Both the position numbers and the translations under genes were made by a program. From Chiloscyllium plagiosum (taxonomy: Eukaryota), in contig NC_057753.1 of the NCBI RefSeq assembly GCF_004010195.1, positions 4,812,887-4,876,886 on the forward strand: a DNA stretch of 64,000 nucleotides, in the 5' to 3' direction. A model generated the notes under the pieces. It saw nothing but the letters and a program-made list of their open reading frames with translations. It did not search any database and was not told where the DNA came from. Shown one piece after another: positions 1-12,200 of the stretch (the stretch's first letter is position 1; the number at the start of each line of letters is the position of its first letter).

Positions 1-1396
1 AACTATCACATAAGATCCCCCACATTCACCAATTGTATTCATGACTTAGCTTCCAGTCCATATCCTTTTCAAATCTGTCATCCTTAATCCCTTAAAAAAC
101 CGAAAGAACTGCAGTTGATGTAAATCAGGAACAAAAGCAGAAGTTGCAGTGTACTTTTCACTGTGCTCTCGGACCAAGTATTTGAGCAGACAGAACAATA
201 AAGCTGAAATCTAAAATCTAATTTCCATTGTCGCCTAGCAGGGTGGGGCTTTTCTCATGGAATCTCACCAGTGTGGAAACAGGCCCTTCGGCCCAACAAA
301 TCCACACCAACCCCTCAGCAGGTCTGGCAGCATCCGTGAAGAGAAATCAAGAGTTATCCTTCCTCAGAACTGAGCTTTTCCAGCAATTTCCGTTTTTTGG
401 TATCCAAAATCCCTCCTTGTCGCTGAGGGAAATGGTCATTTCTTAATCTTTTCGACTGGACTGTGGGATTTGTCGAGGATGGCCATGTCTCTTCCGATGC
501 CTCTTGGTAGCATCGCTGCTTCGTCGGTACCAGAGTGGGACACCGCAGCACCAGGCCGCGGCAGCAGAGAGTGCCCAGCCTGAGGGTCGATGGCAGGAGG
601 GACAAGACAAAGCTGCAGCTGCTTGAATCCAAAGTACTCGAGCAGAGCACAGCAAGCCAGGCAGCATCAGGAGGTGGGGATGTTGCCAGTATAGAGTCAT
701 AGAGATGTACAGCATGGAAACAGACCCTTCGGTCCAACCTGTCCATGCCTCTAGTTCTGGCCTCCCTGGCCCCAGGGAAAAGACTTTGCCTATTTACCCT
801 CTCCTTGCCCCTCATAATTTTGTAAACCTTCATAAGGTCACCTCTCAGCCTCCGACGCTCCAGGGAAAACAGCCCCAGTGTATTCAGCCTCTCCCTCTTG
901 TAAGTCTTCTTCAGGAATGGAGGCGGGGGTAAGGGGGGGGTGGTGTTGCAGATAGAGGGGTGGGGGTTAGGGTTGTGGGAGGGGTGAGCGGTGGCGAGCT
1001 GGTGATAGGTGGGTACAGACAGTAAGGCAGCAGCCAGTCGTGAAAGATGGTGGCAGCGGTGGCAAAGTCTGACTTGACCAATGGAGGCGGTCCTTGGTGA
1101 AGGCGGCCGGCAAGCACAGGTGGGTCTTAGCCCAACGCGGCTGATAGTTTGCCCAACGCAGAGGAGAGCGAGCCCTCTTAGGGAAAGCCCGGCTCTAATG
1201 TCTGCAGGCCCATGGCTAAGGAAGGGGCTGTAAGGTTTGACTTTATAAACTTTGCTTCTGTATGATTTGGAGGAGCAGATATTGGACTGGGGTGGACAAA
1301 GTTAAAAAATCACACAACATCAGGTTATAGTCCAACAGGAGCAGCACTCCGAAAGCTAGTGCTTCCAATTAAACCTGTTGGACTATAGCCTAGTGT

Positions 1397-1816
1397 TAGG
1401 TAAAAACAATGACTGCAGATGCTGAAAACCAGATTCTGGATTAGTGGTGCTGGAAAAGCACAGCAGTTCGAGGAGCAGGAAAAATCGACATTTCGGGCAA
1501 AAACCCTTCATCAGGGCACCCCCACCTCCATTCCTGAAGAAGACTTACAATAGGGAGAGGCTGAACAGGCTGGGGCAGCGGAGGCTGAGGGGTGACGTTA
1601 TAGAGTTTTACAAAATTATGAGGGACATGGATAGGGTAAATAGGCAAAGTCTTTTTCCCTGGGGTCGGGGAGTCCAGAACTGGAGGGCATAAGTTTAGAG
1701 CGAGAACGGAAATATATAAAAAAAGAGACCTAAGGGCTTTTGCCCGAAACGTCGATTTTCCTGCTCCTTGGATGCTGCCTGAACTGCTGTGCTTTTCCAG
1801 CACCACTAATCCAGAA
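1397..1816. mobile_element. Foldback of Penelope-like termini enclosing a CR1 fragment
   Basis: 1435-1515 and 1733-1816 are inverted copies. CR1 3' sequence lies at about 1548-1735. Flanking repeat tatagcctagtgt. Confidence 0.65.
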
Positions 1817-2207
1817 TATAGCCTAGTGTGTGATTTTTAACTGTTTCTCTACATTGTGACTAAGATTTTGTACCTGGGTACTTTGTCCTCAAGATGGCGC
1901 CATTGTACACTTTCCACTGTACATCTAGAACCGAGTACTTGAGCAGACAGACCTATAAAACATAAATCTAAAATCTAATTTCCATTGTCGCCTAGCAGGG
2001 TGGGGTATTCTCATAGATTCCCTCCAGTGTGGAAACAGGCCCTTCAGCCCTACAAATCCACACCGACCTCTCCGAAGAGTATCCCACCCAAACCCATTTC
2101 CCATTACTCTGTACTTACCCTTGACTAAGAAGGTAAATTGGTTTGAATGAAACTTACAGAACGCTGAGAGGCCTTGATAAAGTAGATGTGGAGAAGATGT
2201 TTCCACT

Positions 2208-2515
2208 ACGGTGGCTCGGTGGTTAGCACTGCTGCCTCACAGCACCAGGGACCCGGGTTCCATTCCAGCCTCGGGGCAACTGTCTGTGTGGAGTTGCACA
2301 TTCTCCCCGTGTCTGCTTGGGTTTCCTCCGGGTGCTCCTGTTTCCTCTCTCAGTCCAAAGATGTGCAGCTCAGGTGAATTGGCCATGCTAAATTGCCCAT
2401 AGTGTTAGGTGCATTAGTCAGAGGGAAATGGGTCTGGGTGGTTTACTCTTCGGAGGATTAGTGTGGACTTGTTGGGCCAAAGGGCCTGTTTCCACACTGT
2501 AGGAGAATCTAATAA
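2208..2515 (+). mobile_element. HE1-type SINE
   Basis: Same consensus as 40485-40800. Confidence 0.88.
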
Positions 2516-2599
2516 ATAGATTATGGTGGGATTGTAGTAATATCTCTGGACTCGTAATGATTTTGATTATGAGCATAAGAGGTATAGTTAGTATGTTTG

Positions 2600-3060
2600 T
2601 CATCAGACTGGAAAAGGACTGAGACACAGACACACCTGAGTGAGAGAGTTCCAGTTAACTGAATATGGAAAGAGCTTTAACCAGTTACAAGGACAGAATG
2701 ATTGTTCAATTGAACTGCATGTGCATAGAGCTTTAGAAAGTTACATAGAGGGCAGCAATTGTACATAAGCTGTCTGTGTGGACGAGGATTCAGCTGATCA
2801 ACCTGGAGGCCTCTGTATCGTGGTGAAACCGTGGGGACTGTGGGAAGGGACTTAATTACCTATTTACTCTCACTACAAGACTAGGCTGAAGTGATCACCT
2901 CCCCTCACTCCACTTCAGTAAATCCATTCGGGGAGAAACTATTCACCTGCTCCAAGTGTTGGAAGAGATTAACTCAGTCTTCTGCACTGCTGAAGTACTA
3001 ACAAGTTCATCAATGACTACAGGAGTTAGATTTTGATGTTACTGTCGATGTTTCATGTTT
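2600..3060 (+). pseudogene. Decayed C2H2 ZNF pseudogene
   Basis: Reads HSGEKLFTCSKCWKRLTQSSALLKY*QVHQ* at 2925-3016. The 5' part resembles the decayed fingers upstream of gene 2, and a ZNF-type 3'UTR follows. Confidence 0.8.
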
Positions 3061-3307
3061 ACACTGGAAGCTGGGTGAATCCTGCGATACATTAAGGAAG
3101 TGGTAATGGACACACACTTTAAGTTCCTAGAAATAAAGCACAACCTCTTGCAACTCGGTTTAGTGTCAGGAAGAACAACAGTGAACGCTGGAAATATGCT
3201 GTCAAATCAGAGATAGGGGCCAATCTGGGATCTGTTCCTGAAATAAAGTATAGTAATGCAGCAGATTTAGACTTTCCACTGCAAAAACGGTGGTAGTCAT
3301 TTTTTTT

Positions 3308-3997
3308 TAGATTAGATTCCCTACAGTGTGGAAACAGGCCCTTTGGCCCCACAAGGCCACACTGAGTAACCCATCCCCCTCTGACTAATGTACCTAACAC
3401 TACGGGCAATTTAGCATGGCCAATTCACCCTGATCTGCACATCTTTGGACTGTGGAAGGAAACCGGAGCACCCGGAGGAAACCCACGCAGACTCGGGGGA
3501 GAATGTGCAAACTCCACACAGAGTCACCCAAGGCTGGAATCGAACCTGGGACCTGCTAGCCACTGAGACACCATGCCACCTTTTATGGTCTGAGAATTTC
3601 AAATGTTTTTGTTTGACAGTCCTGGAAAAACTTGTAAGTGTTGGCAATAACAAGTTGCATTTATATGCAACCTTTAACATATTATGAAGATTAGATTAGA
3701 TTCCCAACAGTGTGGAAACAGGCCCTTCAGCCAACAAGTCCACACTGACCCTCCGAAGAGTAACCCACCCGGACACATTCCCCTACATTTACCCCTTCAC
3801 CTAACGCTACGGGCAATTTAGCATGGCCAGTTCACCTGGCCTTCACATCTTTGGACTGTGGGAGGAAACCGGAGCACCCGGATAAAATCCGCGTAGACAC
3901 GGGGAGAATGTCTGTGTGGAGTTTGCACAGTCGCCTGAAGTGGGACTTGAATCTGGGTTCCTGGCGCTGTGAGGCAGCAGTGCTAACCACTGAGCCA
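3308..3997 (-). mobile_element. Two HE1-type SINEs (3308-3570, 3690-3997)
   Basis: Reverse complement of the HE1 consensus. Confidence 0.85.
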
Positions 3998-5344
3998 TTG
4001 GTATGTTATCCAAATAATCAATATTTTAAAAATTATTTATTAAATATGAAATATGAAAATTAATATAAACAGGCTACTTAAATGGAATCTAGGCAAAAGT
4101 AACGACTGCGGGTGCTGGAGAGTAAGTAGGTAATTAAATCCCTTCCCACAGTCCCCACGCTTTCACCACGATACAGAGGCCTCCAGGTTGATCAGCTGAA
4201 TCCTCATCCACACAGACAGCTTATGTACAATTGCTGCCCTCTATGTAACTTTCTAAAGCTCTATGCACATGCAGTTCAATTGAACAATCATTCTGTCCTT
4301 GTAACTGGTTAAAGCTCTTTCCATATTCAGTTAACTGGAACTCTCTCACTCAGGTGTGTCTGTGTCTCAGTCCTTTTCCAGTCTGATGACAAACATACTA
4401 ACTATATCTCTTATGCTCATAATCAAAATCATTTATACGAACAAAGAACCCGAAGGAAACCCACACAGACACGGGGAGAATGTTCAAACTCCCCACAGAC
4501 AGTCACCTGAGGTGGGATTTGAACTCAGGTCCCTAGCACTGTGAGGCAGCAGTGCTAGCCACTAAGCCACTGTGCCACCCTTAGAGCAATACAGACCAAA
4601 TGCCAGTAATTGGAACTAGCTGCGTTGGCACCATGGTCAGTTTGGGCTGAAGGGCCTGTTTCCATGCTGTGTTACTCCATGACTCTGTGTTGCTATTCCA
4701 AATGCCATCTTAGATACAAAATTTGAAAAATAAAGAGGTAAGTTAGAATGTTGATCGCTGCAGTTCTTAGTATAAAGTAAAAAAATAGAGGAACAAAGTT
4801 AAAAGTTTAATCATTTCTGTTCTTTCTTAAGCCATGGGCCCACACACTCACTGTGCACTGACTGCCCTCTCTCCTGCGCTTGCTAAACTTTTACCGCGTT
4901 GGGCAGCGTCCTGCCAAGCTCACCACAGAACACAAACCACTAACACACTTTGTTGCCCCTGCTCCTCCAATGCACGAGCTCTCTTCAGAAGGTGAGGAAC
5001 AAACCCTAAGGAAACCTTGCACTGCCTCTCCAGCATCCTCCTCTCCCCACCCCCACCTCCCGCTTCTGTTTCTCCTTCAGGCTGCTCTTCTTGCTCAGGT
5101 TGCACTCGCTCTGGGGTGGTCTGCAGCAGAATCGCGACTCCCAGTTGGTTGTGTGCCCGCGGCTCCTCTTCTCCTGGGACTTTGGAGCGTTTGGATGGCC
5201 TTTTCTTGTCCTGAGAGTGTGAGCAGGTCCGCCGCTAACCTTGTTTGCTGCTCTTGGTGCACTTCGAGTGCAATGAGTTACGGTTCTGAGACCAGCCTGT
5301 CCGGCTCAGTCAGGGGGCTACGAGGAGATGCTTGGATCAAAAAT

Positions 5345-5460
5345 CCCAGGGACATTGCAAAACTCAAACGCGGCGTTAGATCAAAATCTGACAGAATCAC
5401 CCCATCCACGCGAATCCGAATATTTTGTGCCTCTGAATGTAGAAGGAAAAATATTTCTCC
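5345..5460 (+). other. Isolated copy of the ZNF leader module
   Basis: ttgcaaaactcaaac...tctgacagaatcac...ccgaatat...ctgaatgtagaaggaaaaat aligns with the leaders at 18190-18270, 31714-31600 and 57670-57555. Confidence 0.6.
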
Positions 5461-5487
5461 ATTTTTATTTCCAAGCCATCAAAAGAT

Positions 5488-6488
5488 GATGATAGCAAAA
5501 TTGGAGGTGTAGTGGACAGCAAAGAAGGTTACAACGGGATGTTGATCAGATGGGCCAATGGACGGAGACGTGGCAGGTGGAGTTTAATTTAGATAAATGT
5601 GAGCTGCTGCATTTTGGGAAAGCAAATCTTAGCAGGACTTACACACTGAATGGTAAGGTCCTAGGGAGTGTTGCTGAACAAAGAGACCTTGGAGTACAGA
5701 TTCATAGCATCTTGAAAGTAGAATCGCAGGTAGGTAGGCATTTGAAGGCGGCGTTTGGTATGCTGTCCTTTATTGATCAGAGTTGAGAAGTCATGTTGCG
5801 GCTGTACAGGATATTGATTAGGCCACTTTTGGAATATTGCGTGCAATTCTGGTCTCCTTCCCATTGGAAGAATGTTGTGAAACTTGAAAGGGTTCAGAAA
5901 ATATTTACAAGGATATCAGGGCTGATGAAGGGCTTTTGCCCAAAACATTGATTTTTCCCGCTCCTCGTCTGCTGCCTGACCTGCTGTACTTTTCCAGCAC
6001 CACTCTAATCTCCAGCATCTGCAGTACCCACTTCTGCCTTACAAGGATGTTGCCAGGGTTGGAGGATTTGAGCTATAGGGAGAGGTTGAAATAGGCTGGG
6101 ACAGTTTTCCCTGAAGCGTCGGAGGCTTAGGGGTGACGTTATAGAGGTTTATAACATCATGAGGGGCATGGATAGGATAAATAGACAAAGTCTCTCCCTT
6201 GGGGTGGGGGAGTCCCGAACTAGAGGTTTAGGGTGAGGGGGTAGGATATAAAAGCACCTAAGGGGCAACATTTTCACGCAGAGGGTGGTGTGTGTATGGA
6301 ACGAGCAGCCAGAGGAAGTGGTGGTGGCTGGCAGATTTGCAGCATTTAGGAGGCACTTGGATGGGTATATGAACAGGAAGGGTTTGGAAGGATAAGGGCC
6401 GGGTGCTGGCAGGTGGGACTAGATTGGGTTGGGATATCTGGTCGGCGTGGACGGGTCTGTTTCCATTCCGTACATCACTATGACTCTG
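5488..6488 (+). mobile_element. CR1/HER1-like LINE 3' fragment with an inserted Penelope terminus (5916-6038)
   Basis: Encodes WQVEFNLDKCELLHFG...RDLGVQ. Tail ctatgactct. The insert is flanked by ttacaaggat. Confidence 0.88.
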
Positions 6489-6799
6489 TGTGCAGGTTAG
6501 GGTGAATTGGCTATGCTAAGTTGCCCATGATGTGAGGTGCATTAGTCAGAGGGAAATGGGACTGGGTGGGTTACTCTTCGGAGGGTCAGTGTGAACCTTT
6601 TGGGCCGAACGGCCTGTTTCCACCCTGTAGATAACCTAACCTAATCTAATCACTGTAACACTTTTCACTTGTGTTTTTGTACTGGAGTACGTGAGACAAT
6701 AAAAAGCCTAAATCTGAACCCTCCTCTCATCTCTTGTGGCGGGAGATGACAAAACTGTTCATTGTCAGCTCAGCAGAGAGACTAGAAACAAACAATTCG

Positions 6800-6900
6800 G
6801 AGAGGAGGGTAACCAATGGGAATGAATGGGGCGGGCCTGGAGGACCGAGCGGGTGCGGATGGTCTTCCAACCAATGGGAGTAAACGGGGGCAAGACTAGT
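6800..6900 (+). promoter_or_regulatory. Remnant CCAAT/GC-box promoter segment
   Basis: Two CCAAT boxes flank GGGGCGGG. Its reverse complement resembles 24058-24120. It lies upstream of pseudogene 8769. Confidence 0.45.
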
Positions 6901-6999
6901 TGACTGAGATGGAACTTTGGCTGGATCAAACGTAGCAGATGGAGATTGCATTGGGTATGCAATGCATTTTCGGTGTGTTTTTGAATCTATGCAACCCGT

Positions 7000-8765
7000 C
7001 CACCTCTTCTCATCCCCCTCATCAGCCTTGCGTGCTCGAAGGTAAACAATCCCAGGCTATCCATGCTCTCTGAATTGCTCCAGGCCCAGGTAACACCCTG
7101 GTGAATCTCCTCCTTTTATATACATCCTTCCCCTGGTGTGGCGACCAGAACTGGACGCAGTATTTCCAGCTGAGGCCGAACTAACTTAATAGCTCAATCA
7201 AAACCTCTTTGCTCACATATTCAAGGTCGATACAGCGTGGAGATGGTTAAAAAAAAGCACAGCAGCTCAGGCAGCATCTGAGGAGCAAGAGAGTTGGCAT
7301 TTCTGGCTTTACCCTTCAGGTACTCAATGCCCTGACTGATAAGGCATTTAGGAAACTTGCCTTTCTGAACAAAATTGCGTACCCATCTTCAAAGATCTTT
7401 GTACCTGCACAACAAGGTTCCTCTGATCCTGTGTCGTACCTGGGGTCCTATTCAATGCCTTGTTAGTCATCTCAAAATGCAACACCTCACGCTTTACGGA
7501 GGGGGGTGGAAAAGAGTCCATTTGCCACTGTTCAACCCATCTGATTAGCCTCTCTGTATCAGCCCATAGTCAAGGCCTTTCCACCTTGCTATTTACTCCC
7601 CCATTGATTTTTATATAATATGCACAGTTAGTGATCACACCTCTGACATTCATGTTTAGATCTTTAAGAGTCATACAACATGGAAACAGGCTCTTTGATC
7701 CAATTTGTCCACACTGACGAGGCTTCCTAAACAGAACTGGTCCTATTTGTTTGCATTTGACCCGTATTGCTCTAAACCTTTGCTATCCATGAACTCTGTC
7801 CAAAGTAATAAACTCTGTCCAGCCAGCTATGCCCATGTCTCACAGGTAAATTAGAAAATTATCTCAGCAATGACTGAGTGAGTGAATTCTCTCCCATACT
7901 CAGCAAGAGTATAGTTTTGCTTTACTGAACTCGCTGGTGTCCAGTGAGCTGGAATAATGCTCTGAACTCAGTCCTGCAGTGAGAGCATCTGAATGGTCTG
8001 TACCCAGGGAACTCAAATACCTTAAACTTTTTCTGGCAGCTTATTCCATACACGCACCACCCTTTGTGTGATAAATGAGTGTTGCCCCTCAGATCCCTTT
8101 TAAATATTTACCTTCTCACCTTAAACCTATGCCCTGCAGTTTTTGACTCCCCTATCTACACCCCTCATGATTTTATAAATCTCAATAAAGGTCACCCCTC
8201 AGCCTCCTAAGCTCCAGTGAAAAATGTCCCAGCCTACTCAGCCTCTCCTTATAACTCAAAACTTTCCAGATTTATTAACATTGTTGTAAATTGTTTTTTT
8301 CACCTTTTCCAAATTAAGAACATCCTTCCCATAAGCATGGTAACCAGAACACAGTACACAGTACACCATACACCAAATATGGCCTTACCAGTGTCTTGTA
8401 CAGTTGAGCATGTCATTTCAATTTCTGTTCTCAATACACTGACCAATAGGGGCAAACGTGCCTAATGCCTTCTTCACCACCCTGTCCACCAGTGACACCA
8501 TTTTAAAGGAACTTTGTACCTGCCGCCTTTAAATGTATATTGTGAACAGCAAGGGACCGAGCACAGAACCCTTTGTTTCACCACTGGACATAGGCTTCTA
8601 AACATAATACCCTTCAATCATCACCCTCTGCTTCCACCCTCTAAGCCAATTCTGAATCCAATTTTCCCTTGATCCCAAGGGCTCTTACTGACTTAACCAA
8701 TGTCCCAGGCAAATCCCTATCAAAAGCTTCACTGAAGTCCAAACAAACTACATCAACTTCACCAC
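7000..8765 (-). mobile_element. Nested decayed CR1-clade LINE fragments
   Basis: Reverse-strand CR1 RT motifs (VDVVCLDFSEAFD) and an HER1-like 3' tail at about 7668. Confidence 0.7.
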
Positions 8766-9292
8766 CTTCATAAGCACCAGTCAGTTCACATTGGGGAAAG
8801 ACCATTCCTCTGCTCTCTCTGTGGGAAGGGCTTTGTTGAGTCATGCAACCTGCTGAGACACCAGAGAATTTCTATTGGGAAGAGACCTTTTAAACGCCCA
8901 TATTGCTGGAATTACAATAAATATTCCGGGGACTTGGTGTCCCATCAACAAGAGAGTCTGTTCAGGTTGCCATTCCAGCTCACTGCACACCACTGCATTC
9001 ACTCCAGGAAGTGGACTTTCACCTGCTCAGAGCGTGCAAAAGGATTCACCCAATCATCCAGCCCGCTCTCACACCAGTGAGTTCCCTGGGTACAGACCGT
9101 TCAGATGCTCTCACTGCAGGACTGAGTGCAGGGCATTATTCCAGTTCACTGGACACCAGCGAGTTCAGTAAAGCAAAACTATACTCTTGCTGAGTCTGGG
9201 AGAGAATTCACTCACTCAGTCATCCAGTTTGCTGAGATAATTTTCTACTTTACTCATGAGACATGGGCACAGCTGGCTGGACAGAGTTTATT
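7807..9292. repeat. About 210-bp inverted duplication (7807-8015 / 9078-9292)
   Basis: Reverse-complement match with several substitutions and one short indel. Confidence 0.93.
8769..9238 (+). pseudogene. C2H2 ZNF pseudogene, 5' part (split by LINE insertion)
   Basis: Reads HKHQSVHIGERPFLCSLCGKGFVESCNLLRHQRISIGKRPFKRPYCWNYNKYSGDLVSHQ, followed by frameshifted fingers. Confidence 0.85.
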
Positions 9293-12200
9293 GCCTGCCT
9301 CTAACTGCCCTAGTTAGGTGATGGTGAGCTTCCTTCTTGAACCACTGTCGTCCTTGTGCTGTAGGATGACCCTAAAATGCCCTGGGGAAGGGAATTCCAG
9401 GATTTTGACCCAGTGACCATAAAGGAAGAGTGATATATTTTTAAGTCAGGATGGTGAGTGGCTTGGTTGGGAACTTGCAGGGGGTGGTGTTCCCATGTGG
9501 CTGTTTCCCTTGTCCTTCTAGATGGAAGTGGTCGTGTGTCTGCAAGATGCTGTCTGAGGATCTTTGGTAAATTTCTGCAGTGCACCTGTAAATACTAGAC
9601 AGTGCTGATACTGAACATTGGTGGTGGAGGGAGTGGATGTGTCAATCCAGCAGGCTGATTTGTCCTGGATGGTGTCATGCTTCTTGAGTGTTGTTGGAGC
9701 TGTACCCATCCAGGCAACTGGGGAGTATTCCATCACGCTCCTGACTTGGGCCTTGAGGATGATCAACAGGCTTTGGGGAGTCAGGTGGTGAGTTACAATA
9801 TTCCTAGCCTCTGACCTGCTCTTTTAGCAACTGCGTTTATGTGGTGAGTTCACTGGAGTTTCTGCTCAATAGTAACTCCCCCCACTCTCCAAGAATGTTG
9901 ATAAGGGGGGATTGAACATAGAACACAAAACAATACAGCGCAGTACAGGACCTTTGGCCCTCAAAGTTGCACCGACCTGTGAAATCGATCTGAAGCCCAT
10001 CTAACCTACACTATTCCATTCTCATCCATATGTTTATCCAATGACCACTTAAATGCCCTTAAAGTTGACGAGTCTGTTACTGTTGTAGGCAGGGTGTTCC
10101 ATGCCCCTACTACTCCCTGAGTAAAGACACTACCTCTGACATCTGTCCTGTGTCTATCACCCCTCAATTTAAAGTTTTGTCCCCTCATGCTAGTCATCAC
10201 CATCCAAGGAAAAAGGCTCTCACTGTCCACCCTATCTAATCCTCTGATCATCTTGTATGCATCTATTAAGTCATCTCTTAACCTTCTTCTCTCATGAAAA
10301 CAGCCTCAATACCTCAGCCTTTCCTCATAAGACCTTCCCTCCATACCCGGCAACATCCTGGTAAATCTCCTCTTTTCCAAAGCTTCCACATCCTTCCTGT
10401 AATGGGGTGACCAGAACCGTACACAATATTCCAAGTGTGGCCGCAGCAGAGTTTTGTACAGCTGCAACATGACCTCGTGGCTCTGAAACTCAATCCCCCG
10501 TACCAGTAAAAGCTTTCTTAACAACCCTATCAACCTGGATGGCAACTTTCAAGGATCTACGCACATGGACACAGATGTCTCTGTTCATCTACACTACCAA
10601 GAATCTGACCATTAGCCCAGTATTCTGTATTCCTGTTACTCCTTCCAAAGTGAATCACCTTACACTTTTCCACATTAAAGTCCATTTACCACCTCTCAGC
10701 CCAGCTCTGCAGCTTACCTATGTCCCTCTGACACCTGCAACATCCTTCCACTGGCCACAACTGCACAGACCTTAGTGTCATCCACAACTTTACTATCTCA
10801 TCTTTCTACACCCTCATCCAGATCATTTATAAAAATGACAAACAGCAGTGGCCCCAAAACAGATCCTTGCAGTACACCACTAGTAATTGAACTCCATGAT
10901 GAACATTTCCTATCAACCACAACCCTCTGTCTTCTTACAGCTAGCCAATTTCTGATCCAAACCACTAAATCGCCCTCAATCCAATTAGATTAGATTCCCT
11001 ACAGTGTGGAAACAGGCCCTTCGGCCCAACAAGTCCACACCAACCCGCCGAAGCGCACCCACCCAGACCCATTCCCCTACATTTACCCCTGCACCTAACA
11101 CTATGGGCAATTCAGCATGGCCAATTCACCTGGCCTGCTATCTCCATATTTTCTGCGATAGCCTACTGAAATCCATATACACCACATCGACTGCTTTACC
11201 CTCATCCACCTTTTTGGTCACCATCTCAAAAGAACTCAATAAGGCTTGTGAGGCAAGACCTACCCTTCACAAAATAGTGTTGACTATCCCTCATCAAGTT
11301 ATTCCTCTCCAGATTATAAATCCTCTCTCTTATAATCCTTTCCAACACTTTACCCACAACCGAAGAAAGACTCACTGGTCTATAATTACCACTACTCTCC
11401 TTCTTAAATAAGGGAACAACATTTGCTATCCTCCAGTCTTCTGGCATTATTCCTGTAGACAATGACGACAAAGATCAAAGCCAAAGGCTCTGCAATCTCC
11501 TCCCTGGCTTCCCAGAGAATCCCAGGATAAATCCCATCTGGCCCGGGGACTTATTTATTTTCATATGTTCCAGAAATGCTAACACCTCCTCCGAATGAAC
11601 CTCATTCCCATCTAATGCAATAGCCTGTATTTCAGTATTCTCCTCAACAACATTGTCTTTTTCCAGTGTGAATACTGATTAAAAATATTCACTTAGCGCC
11701 TCTCCTATTTCCTTGGACTCCACGCACAACTTCCCACTACTGTCCTTGGCAGGCCCTAATCTTATTCTAGTCATTTTTTTATTCCTGACATACCTATAGA
11801 AAGCTTTAGGGTTTTCTTTGACCCTACCTACCAAAGACTTCTCACATCCCCTCCTTGCTCTTCTTAGCTCTCTCTTTAGGTCCTTCCTGGCTAACTTTTA
11901 ACTCTCAAGTGCCCTAACTGAGCCTTCAAGTCTCATCTTTTCATAAGCCTCCTTCTTCCTCTTGAAGAGAGATTCATCTTTGTTAGTAAACCTCAGTATC
12001 CTTGATCGACCACTTCCTCCCTGCCAGGTACATACTTAACAAGGACTCGCAGTGGCTGATCCTTGAATAAGCTCCACATTTCAACTGTGTCCATCCCCTG
12101 CAGTTTCCTTCCCCATCTTATGCATCCTAAGTTTTGCCTAATTGCATCATAATTGCCTTTCCCCCAGCTATAACTCTTACCCTGCGGTATATACTTGTGC

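Larger units (their letters stand above)
2556..4433. repeat. 316-bp inverted duplication (2556-2871 / 4118-4433)
   Basis: Direct reverse-complement comparison shows about 5 substitutions. Confidence 0.95.
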
